Shown here piece after piece: positions 26,038 through 34,170 of a stretch of 40,027 nucleotides of DNA; the first letter of the stretch is position 1; each line of letters begins with the position of its first letter. The notes under the pieces are model-generated. The model searched no databases. It was not told the origin of the DNA and saw only the letters and a list, made by a program, of their open reading frames with translations. Made by a program: the position numbers and the translations under genes. Origin of the DNA: a virus; the UHGV virus genome UHGV-0312859. The stretch is one strand, 5' to 3'.

Positions 26038-28329
26038 ATGGAAAGAAGCCAGTATGACCTGTTGGAGGTCTTAGATCATATAGAGCCGGCTGAACTGGAT
26101 TACCAGCAGTGGCTGAATATCGGCATGGCCCTGGACCTGGAAGGATACAGCGTGGATGTGTGGGACAACTGGAGTCGGAGAGATCCCGGCAGGTATCATC
26201 CTGGGGAATGCCAGAAAAAATGGAAGGGATTTAAGGGAAACGGATCCCCCGTGACCGGTGGGACGATCGTCCAGTATGCAAGGGAACAGGGGTGGACGCC
26301 GCCCTATGATCCGGGGCATGCCCTGGGCTGGGAAGATACCATTTCCAGTGAGGAAGGCGTGTTCATTGACCGGAACTGGGTGGAAGGAAAAGAAGTACGG
26401 GAACCGGCCCGATTTGACCCGGCCAAGGAACTGATCCGGTATCTGGAGACCCTGTTTGAAGCAGGGGAGAATGTAGGCTATGTGGTAAAGAGCTGGCAGA
26501 AGGATGATAAATGGCTCCCTGCAGATAAGGGATCCTTTGACCGCACTGCAGGACAGCTGATAGAAGCACTTTCTGCCTGTGGCGGTGATATCGGCAGTGT
26601 CCTGGGGGATTATGATCCTCAGGCTGGTGCCTGGATCCGTTTTAACCCGCTGGATGGAAAGGGAGTAAGGAACGACAACGTGACAGACTTCCGTTATGCC
26701 CTGGTAGAGTCAGACAGCATGGAGATCGACAAGCAGCATGCGCTGATCCGGGAACTGGAACTTCCTGTGGCGTGTCTGGTCCATTCCGGAAAGAAGAGCC
26801 TCCATGCCATTGTAAAAGTAGATGCCGCAGACTATGGAGAATACCGTAAGCGTGTGGACTATCTCTATGATATCTGCCGCAAAAACGGTCTGGAGATCGA
26901 CCAGCAGAACCGGAACCCATCCAGACTGTCCCGTATGCCAGGTGTGCTGCGTGGAGAGAATAAGCAGTTCCTGATCGACACCAACATCGGAAAGGAGAGC
27001 TGGGCTGAATGGAAAGAATGGATCGAGTCAGTCAATGATGACCTGCCGGATCCGGAGAGCCTGGAAGATGTATGGGATAGCCTGCCGGAGTTGGCCCCGT
27101 GTCTGATAGAAGGGGTACTGCGCCAGGGGCACAAGATGCTGATCGCAGGGCCCTCTAAGGCGGGTAAATCCTTTTTACAGATAGAAATGTGCATTGCCAT
27201 CGCAGAAGGCCGTAAATGGCTGTCCTGGCAGTGCTCACAGGGGCGTGTGATGTATGTGAACCTGGAACTGGACCGGGCAAGCTGCCTGCACCGTTTCAGG
27301 GATGTTTATCAGGCAATGGGGATCCATCCGGAACATCTGGATAACATTGATATATGGAATTTAAGAGGCAAGTCCCGGCCTATGGATAAACTGGCGCCCA
27401 TGCTCATCCGCAGGGCTTCCAAGAAGAATTATATAGCCATCATCATCGATCCGATCTATAAGGTCATCACAGGCGATGAGAACAGTGCGGACCAGATGTC
27501 CAATTTCTGTAATCAGTTCGATAAGGTCTGCACGGAACTGGGCGTGGCCGTGATCTACTGCCACCACCATTCAAAAGGCAGCCAGGGCAGCAAGAAGTCC
27601 ATGGACCGTGCTTCCGGTTCCGGTGTATTTGCCCGTGATCCAGATGCAATGCTGGATATGATCGAGCTGGAACTGTCCGAAGAGGCTCTGAAACAGGAAG
27701 AGAATAAAGCTGTATGTGAAGCATGCAAACAGTACCTGGATTCCCATTTTAAATGGGATGACGACCTGTCCCAGGATGATCTTTGCAGCAGTTACCAGAT
27801 GCTCAATTACTGCGAAAACAAGCTGGATGTGTGGCAGTGGGCAAACCTTCAGAAGATGGTGGAAGCAGCCAGGATAAGGGCCAGGAGCGTTACAGCGTGG
27901 CGTATTGAAGGCACTTTAAGAGAGTTCCCGAAGTTTCCGGCAGTCAATGCGTGGTTCAATTATCCAGTCCATACCATTGATCAGGTAGGGATATTGAGTG
28001 ATATTGAGCCAGAGACAGAGAAACCGCTTTGGCAAAAGGCAGCGGAAAAGAGAAAAGAACTGGCTCAAAAAGCGAAGGAAAAAAAGCTCAGTTCCTTTGA
28101 AGTAGAGTTTGCCAACATTGAATTTGAGGGCCGTGAGGTGCCTGCCCAGGAGCTTGCAGATAAACTTGATACATCATCAAGGACACTGCTTTCATGGTTA
28201 GGGGACAGCAATAAAAGGAAGAAAGATCTGGCAGATCATTATGAAAAATATCAGGGGGCTGATGGCAAAATGTACATCAGGAGAAAGGAAAAACAGGGTG
28301 CGCCAGACCAGAAAAACGGCGCAGTCTAG
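26038..28329 (+). CDS. primase-polymerase plus AAA_25 (RepA/DnaB-like) replicative helicase fusion
   Basis: P-loop GPSKAGKS. Walker B VIYCHHHSKGS. N-terminal prim-pol-like region. 763 aa. Confidence 0.7.
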   Translation: MERSQYDLLEVLDHIEPAELDYQQWLNIGMALDLEGYSVDVWDNWSRRDPGRYHPGECQKKWKGFKGNGSPVTGGTIVQYAREQGWTPPYDPGHALGWEDTISSEEGVFIDRNWVEGKEVREPARFDPAKELIRYLETLFEAGENVGYVVKSWQKDDKWLPADKGSFDRTAGQLIEALSACGGDIGSVLGDYDPQAGAWIRFNPLDGKGVRNDNVTDFRYALVESDSMEIDKQHALIRELELPVACLVHSGKKSLHAIVKVDAADYGEYRKRVDYLYDICRKNGLEIDQQNRNPSRLSRMPGVLRGENKQFLIDTNIGKESWAEWKEWIESVNDDLPDPESLEDVWDSLPELAPCLIEGVLRQGHKMLIAGPSKAGKSFLQIEMCIAIAEGRKWLSWQCSQGRVMYVNLELDRASCLHRFRDVYQAMGIHPEHLDNIDIWNLRGKSRPMDKLAPMLIRRASKKNYIAIIIDPIYKVITGDENSADQMSNFCNQFDKVCTELGVAVIYCHHHSKGSQGSKKSMDRASGSGVFARDPDAMLDMIELELSEEALKQEENKAVCEACKQYLDSHFKWDDDLSQDDLCSSYQMLNYCENKLDVWQWANLQKMVEAARIRARSVTAWRIEGTLREFPKFPAVNAWFNYPVHTIDQVGILSDIEPETEKPLWQKAAEKRKELAQKAKEKKLSSFEVEFANIEFEGREVPAQELADKLDTSSRTLLSWLGDSNKRKKDLADHYEKYQGADGKMYIRRKEKQGAPDQKNGAV

Positions 28330-28515
28330 TGCAGTCATGCGCAGGTGCGCTGAACCAGAAATTTACGGTCTGGCGCACGGTGCGCATGACCTGGGTCTGG
28401 TGCAGTCCCGCGCAGTGCGCCAAAAGGGGTGCGCCGGACCTATACTTACGTATAGTGGTGTAGCGCACCCCTCTATGCGGGGGTAGGTAGTCGTGCGGAA
28501 GCCAAGCACGACGAC
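28329..28515. promoter_or_regulatory. putative replication origin (iterons and inverted repeats)
   Basis: Direct repeats of GTGCAGTC..GCGCAG at 28329 and 28400. GGTCTGG appears twice. At least 5 GTGCGC motifs. Palindrome CTATACTTACGTATAG. Inverted repeat GTCGTGC-9-GCACGAC. GC-rich island next to an AT-rich stretch. Confidence 0.45.
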
Positions 28516-28582
28516 CACCCACCCCACAGACACAGAGGGCACCAAACCTAGAGCAGGGGAAAAATGAAAGGAAGTATGGTTT

Positions 28583-28822
28583 ATGAATAGACCTAAAAAC
28601 GAAAGACTTAATTGCTTAAGGCATATGCCACCATTACATCATGTGACTGGAGAAAAATATGACATTATGAACAGCGAGGTCATGGACTGGATTGTAAAAC
28701 AACCGGAAGTACGTCAGTGGCTATATGACAAAATTACAGATAAGTCAGGGGGAAGAAAATCAGAATTTATAAAATACAATCCGGAAACTAGAACTTGGCA
28801 AGGGGTTGATTATGGTGATTGA
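28583..28822 (+). CDS. hypothetical protein
   Basis: RBS AAGGAAG. ORF of 79 aa. Confidence 0.4.
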   Translation: MNRPKNERLNCLRHMPPLHHVTGEKYDIMNSEVMDWIVKQPEVRQWLYDKITDKSGGRKSEFIKYNPETRTWQGVDYGD

Positions 28823-29204
28823 GTTTTTTATGGCAATGGTGCCACCGACAGTGACACACCAGGAGAAGCAGGTACATGTGGTAAAAGGCAAGCCTGTTTT
28901 TTACGAACCGGCAGATCTGAAAGCTGCCAGGCAGAAACTGATGGGGCATCTGGCCGGACACAGACCGGAGCAGCCATTTGATCGGGGAGTACGTTTGATG
29001 GTCAAATGGTGCTTCCCTAAGGGGAAACATGCAGACGGTGAATACCGGATCACAAAGCCAGATACAGACAATCTCCAGAAGCTTTTAAAAGACTGCATGA
29101 CAGCTTGCGGATTTTGGAAAGATGATGCCCTGGTAGCTGCAGAGATGGCAGAGAAGTTCTGGGCAGAGATCCCAGGGATCTACGTGAGGATAGAGGAGAT
29201 ATGA
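28812..29204 (+). CDS. rusA: RusA-family Holliday junction resolvase
   Basis: Motif KPDTDNLQKLLKDCMTACGFWKDDALV matches the RusA catalytic region. RBS AAGGGG. Confidence 0.7.
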   Translation: MVIEFFMAMVPPTVTHQEKQVHVVKGKPVFYEPADLKAARQKLMGHLAGHRPEQPFDRGVRLMVKWCFPKGKHADGEYRITKPDTDNLQKLLKDCMTACGFWKDDALVAAEMAEKFWAEIPGIYVRIEEI

Positions 29205-29446
29205 CACTGGATGATGTGGCGATCCTTTCAGACCAGCAGGTCAAAGGAATTTATTACGACGTATACAATGGCTTCTGGAAACGCTACAGCAAGGCAGTCC
29301 CATCCTGGCAGTCAGAGGAATGGGATGAGATCGTAAGGCAGGCCCGCTTCCTGATGGAACGATATCATTCCTGTCCGCTGATAGTCCACCAGATACAGGA
29401 TCTTTTGGATCAGCTGGAAGCCAGGAGTAGGAAAGGGGAAAAATGA
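29201..29446 (+). CDS. hypothetical protein
   Basis: ATGA stop/start coupling with RusA. Confidence 0.4.
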   Translation: MTLDDVAILSDQQVKGIYYDVYNGFWKRYSKAVPSWQSEEWDEIVRQARFLMERYHSCPLIVHQIQDLLDQLEARSRKGEK

Positions 29447-29586
29447 ATAATGCCAAGAAAACATTCGTTCCGGTCTGCTGCATCTGCCAGAAGGTGATCA
29501 ATGGGGATGCAGAGTGGATCAGGACAAAGAGAGGGACGGTATTGTACATGCATAAGGAGTGCGTACGGAAAGGGAAAAGACAATGA
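29443..29586 (+). CDS. small Cys-rich (zinc-binding?) protein, 47 aa
   Basis: CCIC...HKEC. ATGA-coupled to both neighbours. Confidence 0.3.
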   Translation: MNNAKKTFVPVCCICQKVINGDAEWIRTKRGTVLYMHKECVRKGKRQ

Positions 29587-29675
29587 TCATAAAACAGATA
29601 ACGATCGCTGAGGAAATGCAGCTTGCACCAAGTACAGTATGCGGGTATTTGAAGAAGATGGAGGAAGGAAAATGA
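29583..29675 (+). CDS. 30-aa HTH-like peptide
   Basis: ITIAEEMQLAPSTVCGYLKK resembles a helix-turn-helix. ATGA-coupled. Confidence 0.2.
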   Translation: MIIKQITIAEEMQLAPSTVCGYLKKMEEGK

Positions 29676-30220
29676 AGATCAGATTATCAACTCAGGGTAT
29701 GTCCTTGAATGTAGAGGTACCGGAAATCAAGGCAATGATGGTATATCGTGGGCTGGCGGAAAAGCTGCTTATGCATGCAGGTCAGCAGGAAGCACAAATG
29801 CCGAAAACAGTGCTTCAGCCTAAAATCGTAGTAAATCCACCAATGCCTCCTGAAACCATAAAGCAACACATTGAGGCAGAAACCCAGGAAAATACTATCT
29901 TACCAGAAACGGAAGATGAAAAAGAAAATGAAGGATACACTGGCTTCATGAAAATCCGATGCAGCAAGTGTGGTAAGGAAAGGACTTTTTGCAGCAAGTC
30001 ACCTTTAACGTATTTCAAATGCATGGAGTGCGGAACAAAGACAGAGCTTGTAGGATTGGCTAAGTTATATGCTGACTGCAGATGTGGTCGTGACTCTTAT
30101 TATTTTACAAACATTGAAGATGCAGAAATTGATGTTAAGTGCATTGACTGCGGAACTGCTATAAAAACCGAATGGGATGTAGCAAAGAAATGCTACAGAA
30201 CGGTAAAAGAGGAGGATTAG
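29672..30220 (+). CDS. multi zinc-ribbon protein
   Basis: Four CxxC pairs in the C-terminal half. RBS GGAGGAAGGAAA. Confidence 0.5.
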   Translation: MKIRLSTQGMSLNVEVPEIKAMMVYRGLAEKLLMHAGQQEAQMPKTVLQPKIVVNPPMPPETIKQHIEAETQENTILPETEDEKENEGYTGFMKIRCSKCGKERTFCSKSPLTYFKCMECGTKTELVGLAKLYADCRCGRDSYYFTNIEDAEIDVKCIDCGTAIKTEWDVAKKCYRTVKEED

Positions 30221-30225
30221 TCATA

Positions 30226-30852
30226 ATGCGATTAACAGAAAAGGATGACCTGGGAAACTGGTGTCTGAAGGGTGTCAGGTGGGAGCAGTTACGGGAAGGC
30301 CAGGTAATCACCAAAGAAGTAAGTGAAAGGCTGTATGGGGCGCTGTGTAAGCTTAAGGACTATGAAGATACAGGCTGTAGCCCAGATGATGTAGAACGTC
30401 TGAATGACTTTATACAGAGTGAAGCTGTAAAACTGGTGCAAAAGCTGAATGCAGAAGAGAAGAAGCACAGATGGATCCCGGTGGAAGAGAGACTTCCGGA
30501 AGAAGATAAATGGGTACAGGTAGTAGTAAAGAGACATCGGTGGATCAGTGATTTTGGTGATAAAAGTGTTCCGGACGAGGAAAAAGAAGATCACCCGGAA
30601 CAAAACTATGTCACCATGGGCAAGCTAAAAAAGGACAATACATGGGTGTATTTAGATCTTGAATCGGATGATGAGTGTTTATGGACAAGCGTAGCAGATG
30701 ACTGCAGTCAGGAAGATTTGAGCTATCCATTGACAGAAGTGCTTGCCTGGTTGCCACTTCCTGAGCCATACGGGGCAGAGGTGGAAGAAAAGCCAGATGT
30801 AAGCACTGACTGGAAAGGCCATTACATGGGGCGGTTTGAGAAAGTTGAGTAA
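30226..30852 (+). CDS. hypothetical protein (DUF551-like WIPVEERLPEE motif)
   Basis: RBS AGGAGGA before ATG 30226. Confidence 0.45.
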   Translation: MRLTEKDDLGNWCLKGVRWEQLREGQVITKEVSERLYGALCKLKDYEDTGCSPDDVERLNDFIQSEAVKLVQKLNAEEKKHRWIPVEERLPEEDKWVQVVVKRHRWISDFGDKSVPDEEKEDHPEQNYVTMGKLKKDNTWVYLDLESDDECLWTSVADDCSQEDLSYPLTEVLAWLPLPEPYGAEVEEKPDVSTDWKGHYMGRFEKVE

Positions 30853-30867
30853 AGCTAGGAGATTATC

Positions 30868-31005
30868 ATGAAAATGTTGTTAAGCAATAATAGCAGAAAA
30901 ATAGCTGGCTTGCCGTTGCATAGAAAGAAAGACAAGCGAAAACGCTTTTTTACACGTTGCGAGTCTGATGAAACAGTTAAGGCGTTTTTAGATTATTGTA
31001 ATTAA
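30868..31005 (+). CDS. small basic hypothetical protein (45 aa)
   Basis: RBS AGGAGA. Confidence 0.25.
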   Translation: MKMLLSNNSRKIAGLPLHRKKDKRKRFFTRCESDETVKAFLDYCN

Positions 31006-31023
31006 GATACGGAGGAAAATGAA

Positions 31024-31275
31024 ATGGGATTAGCAGATACGTTTGGCGCAGAGGATAGAGTGCAGGTGAAGTTTTCAGATTTTTATAAACTGATGAAACA
31101 GGCTACGCAGTATGAAATAGCCATGAATGCGGTGGGATGTGATGTGCCGCATAGATACATCAGAGAATGCATGACAGGAGTAAAAGAGCCGCAGAAGCAG
31201 GGTATACAGATTGAACTGGAAAATCCGGCGAATAAGAGCATGATGTCAGCCAAGAAAGGACAGGTCAATGGATAG
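31024..31275 (+). CDS. hypothetical protein
   Basis: RBS CGGAGGAAAATG. Confidence 0.4.
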   Translation: MGLADTFGAEDRVQVKFSDFYKLMKQATQYEIAMNAVGCDVPHRYIRECMTGVKEPQKQGIQIELENPANKSMMSAKKGQVNG

Positions 31276-31423
31276 AACATTAAAAGCTGTATATGTGTGG
31301 ATAGTGCTGGCTTTGATCTGGATGGGATTAGAGCTGTTACTGTACGGCGAAATCCAGCCGAGAACAGTAGATGATATTATGTGGTTTCTGTTTTTGCCAT
31401 TTATTTATATGGCGGTAAATTAA
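31268..31423 (+). CDS. small membrane protein (51 aa)
   Basis: Two hydrophobic segments. Overlaps the previous stop. Confidence 0.3.
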   Translation: MDRTLKAVYVWIVLALIWMGLELLLYGEIQPRTVDDIMWFLFLPFIYMAVN

Positions 31424-31440
31424 GATTTGGAGGAAATATT

Positions 31441-31731
31441 ATGGCTAAATATAGAAAGAAACCTGTGGTTATTGAAGCGTTTCAGTACGATGGAGATTTA
31501 AAAGACTGTGATGGTAACTGGTATGTACCGAACTGGGCGGTTGAAGCTTACGAAAAGGGTGTCATGCATTATGCTTCCGAAAGCTGTGACGCTCCGCCGT
31601 GTGAGCTTTTTATAGAGACTCTGGAAGGCACTCACCATGTTTCAGTATGGGATTATGTGATTAAGGGCGTCAACGATGAACTGTATCCGTGTAAGCCGGA
31701 TATCTTTGAAAAAACCTATGAGAATATTTAA
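31441..31731 (+). CDS. hypothetical protein
   Basis: RBS GGAGGAAATATT before ATG 31441. Confidence 0.45.
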   Translation: MAKYRKKPVVIEAFQYDGDLKDCDGNWYVPNWAVEAYEKGVMHYASESCDAPPCELFIETLEGTHHVSVWDYVIKGVNDELYPCKPDIFEKTYENI

Positions 31732-31768
31732 AGTTAAGATTCCAGAAGGAGATTTTAGAACGTAAAAG

Positions 31769-31972
31769 ATGAAAAGTTTACAATTGTATGTATGTGACCA
31801 TTGTGGTACGCAGTATAAAGACAAAAATGAGTGTAAGCAGTGCGAAAGTAACCATAAGTCTGCACTAGAAATTCATGACATGAGGTTCCATGCTTGCAAA
31901 GATAGTGATAACTATCCTGATAAGGTAGAATTGAAAATGGCTGATGGCAAGATGGTTTGGTATCATCGGTAA
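31769..31972 (+). CDS. small zinc-binding protein
   Basis: CDHCG...CKQCE. Confidence 0.35.
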   Translation: MKSLQLYVCDHCGTQYKDKNECKQCESNHKSALEIHDMRFHACKDSDNYPDKVELKMADGKMVWYHR

Positions 31973-31995
31973 ACTGAAATTTAAAGGAGGTAGCT

Positions 31996-32127
31996 TATGA
32001 ATAACAAACATGTAAAGCAGTATATCATTCAGAATATAAGCCACATAGAAGACAGCCTGTTCCTCCGTCAGATCTACACGCTGGTAAAGCTATACCTGGA
32101 AAGAAAAGACCGGAAGCATACCGGTAA
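31996..32127 (+). CDS. small hypothetical protein
   Basis: Strong RBS AAGGAGG 6 nt upstream. Confidence 0.3.
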
Positions 32128-32385
32128 AGCAGCGTAATGTGGAAACGAGTAAATCCCAACGTGGAATACGTGATAGCTGCCATGCGCAAGAAGGGGGAAG
32201 ACATAAAGAATGGGATTAGTAAAGTCAGATGCCCAGAGAAAGGCAAACCAGCTGCAAAGAAAAAGTGCCATAGCTGCATCAGACCATGTGATCATTAACG
32301 GGCCGAAGCCTACAACCTGGTCAGCCAGGATGCCAGCCTATGCGGGGACAAGCCTCTGCCCGGATCCAGAATACAGGGGGAAGAG

Positions 32386-32772
32386 ATGAGCAAGTCAGAT
32401 AAAAAGAGGACACCGGCAGAAGCGCTGGAAGATTTTTTAAACTATTACGATAGCAGCGTACTGGAATACCGATATGCATGTGACATGGTCAGCGAAGAAG
32501 ATAAGCGCCTTCAGGATCTGCTTCATGCTATGGAATTTGCAAAAGATAGGTCAGAGAGAAATAAGGTAGCTACCAGACTACAGCAGAGTAGAAAAAGCAG
32601 ACGGAATAACAAAGATCTTGTAAAGATGAATGAGAAATTGGTGAAGTTTTTTGAAGATCAGAAGAACCGGGACACGCTGAACCGCCTGCGCCAGCTTTTA
32701 GGGCAACAGAGGAAGGAAGAGGAATATCTTCTGGGAGAACGTACATACAAACCAAGAGCAGGAATGAGGTGA
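32386..32772 (+). CDS. hypothetical basic protein
   Basis: RBS GGGGGAAGAG. Confidence 0.4.
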   Translation: MSKSDKKRTPAEALEDFLNYYDSSVLEYRYACDMVSEEDKRLQDLLHAMEFAKDRSERNKVATRLQQSRKSRRNNKDLVKMNEKLVKFFEDQKNRDTLNRLRQLLGQQRKEEEYLLGERTYKPRAGMR

Positions 32773-33203
32773 TACCGTTGGACAAGCAGATATTGGTGCA
32801 GTACATAGATGCATGCGCCCAGGTGGAAGATACAAAAAAGGAGATCCTGAAGCTTAAGAAAGCCAGAAAAAGGATTGAACAGGATGCAGTGAAAGGTTCT
32901 TCACATGAGTTCCCTTACACACCGCAGACGTTTCATATCGAAGGTCTGGCATATCCTGTAGTAAAGGATCCAGATGAGCTGGACCGGCTGGAAGAGATCC
33001 TGAAAGAGCGGTTGCAGACTGCGGAACGGATCAAGCATGATGTGGAAGCATGGTTGAATGTGATTCCGCAGAGAATGCAGCGCATTATCAGGTATAAGAT
33101 TTTCGAGGAGCTTACCTGGAAAGAAGTCGCAGAGAGAATGGGGAGAAAAGCTACTGAGGCAGGAGTAAAGATGGAGTACTTGAGATTTATGGAAGAAAAA
33201 TAA
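32769..33203 (+). CDS. ArpU/RinA-like late transcriptional regulator
   Basis: C-terminal sigma-70 region-4-like HTH (RIIRYKIFEELTWKEVAERMG). Position immediately upstream of the packaging module. Confidence 0.5.
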   Translation: MIPLDKQILVQYIDACAQVEDTKKEILKLKKARKRIEQDAVKGSSHEFPYTPQTFHIEGLAYPVVKDPDELDRLEEILKERLQTAERIKHDVEAWLNVIPQRMQRIIRYKIFEELTWKEVAERMGRKATEAGVKMEYLRFMEEK

Positions 33204-33206
33204 AGT

Positions 33207-33246
33207 TTGTTACGATTGTTACACATGTTACGAAACAAAGTGTTAT
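33207..33246 (+). repeat. direct repeats TGTTAC x3 at 9-bp spacing plus TGTTAT
   Basis: GTTAC copies at 33208, 33217 and 33226. GTTAT at 33242. Confidence 0.6.
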
Positions 33247-33297
33247 AGTGTACCATGAAGCCAAAGGCATACGGCCGGCGGCTTAATTCCCCTGAAA

Positions 33298-33348
33298 CCT
33301 CTGCCGGGGGTCACAGCTTGGCAGAGGAAGCTGCCGGGTCGCTCCCGG
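33298..33348 (+). other. GC-rich structured element
   Basis: Stem CCTCTGCC / GGCAGAGG. Direct repeat CTGCCGGG. Stem CCGGG / CCCGG. Confidence 0.4.
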
Positions 33349-33498
33349 ATGAACTGAGCGTATGCGCAACACCTCAGAGAGATTAAAAAAGCCTTTTTGA
33401 ATAAAACATGGAATGCATTTGTGCACGGATGTACTTATCTGATTGCTCTGAAGAGACATTGAGGATCAGGACGGTGGAGTTCACTTAGGAAGCGCTGT

Positions 33499-33566
33499 TG
33501 GAACGTAGCTCAGAGGTAGAGCAATAGCTTGTGTCCTAAGCGAAGGTTCGAGTCCTTCCGTTCCGA
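33499..33566 (+). tRNA. tRNA-like element with non-canonical (3 nt short) anticodon arm; possible pseudo-tRNA
   Basis: Acceptor stem TGGAACG / CGTTCCG. D-arm GCTC-AGAGGTA-GAGC. T-arm GAAGG-TTCGAGT-CCTTC. Only a 4-bp GCTT/AAGC anticodon stem with loop GTGTCCT can form. Confidence 0.45.
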
Positions 33567-33598
33567 TTCGTTTTCTCATTTTGTATTTTCTCCTTTTT

Positions 33599-33631
33599 GA
33601 GACCTTCATGATAGCATGAGGGTCTTTTTAT
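33599..33631 (+). terminator. rho-independent terminator
   Basis: Stem AGACCTTCATG / CATGAGGGTCT (one mismatch), loop ATAG, then TTTTTAT. Confidence 0.65.
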
Positions 33632-33657
33632 ATGACTGGAAAGTGAGGTGAGCCTGG

Positions 33658-34170
33658 ATGACTGAAAAACAGAAAATATTCGCAGATGAATATCTGATCG
33701 ACCTGAATGCCACCCGGGCTTACAAGGTCGCATATCCAAGAGTAAAAAATGACGATGTGGCCGCTGCTGCGGCTGCCAGGCTGTTAAGAAATGTTAAGGT
33801 TGCGGATTATATCTCTGAGCGCATGCAGGAGCGTCAGAAGCGTACTGAGGTTACCCAGGACAGAGTGATCGAAGAACTGGCTGCTATCGCATTTGCCAGG
33901 GCCACAGACTTTGCACAGATCGTGGATGGCTGCGTAGTGCTGACAGATACGAAAGAGCTGTCTGAAACTCAGATCAAAGCCATTGCCGGAATCAAAGAAG
34001 GCAAGTTTGGGATTGAACTGAAACTGAATGATAAGGAAAAGGCTCTGGAGCTGCTTGGCCGCCATCTTGGCATGTTTAAGGATAAAATTGAGGTATCTGG
34101 CTTGGAATCTGAGCAGAGCAAGTTGGATGACCTGATCCGGCAGATGAGAGGCGGTGATGCAACCTCATGA
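33658..34170 (+). CDS. terS: terminase small subunit
   Basis: N-terminus MTEKQKIFADEYLIDLNATRAYKVAY matches the Terminase_2 family signature. Confidence 0.85.
   Translation: MTEKQKIFADEYLIDLNATRAYKVAYPRVKNDDVAAAAAARLLRNVKVADYISERMQERQKRTEVTQDRVIEELAAIAFARATDFAQIVDGCVVLTDTKELSETQIKAIAGIKEGKFGIELKLNDKEKALELLGRHLGMFKDKIEVSGLESEQSKLDDLIRQMRGGDATS

Noticed and set aside
28241-28545. ORFs called on both strands inside the GC-rich stretch after the primase-helicase gene
   Set aside because: The region is dense in direct and inverted repeats typical of an origin. The ORFs have no ribosome-binding sites and repeat-driven Arg/Ala/Gly composition.
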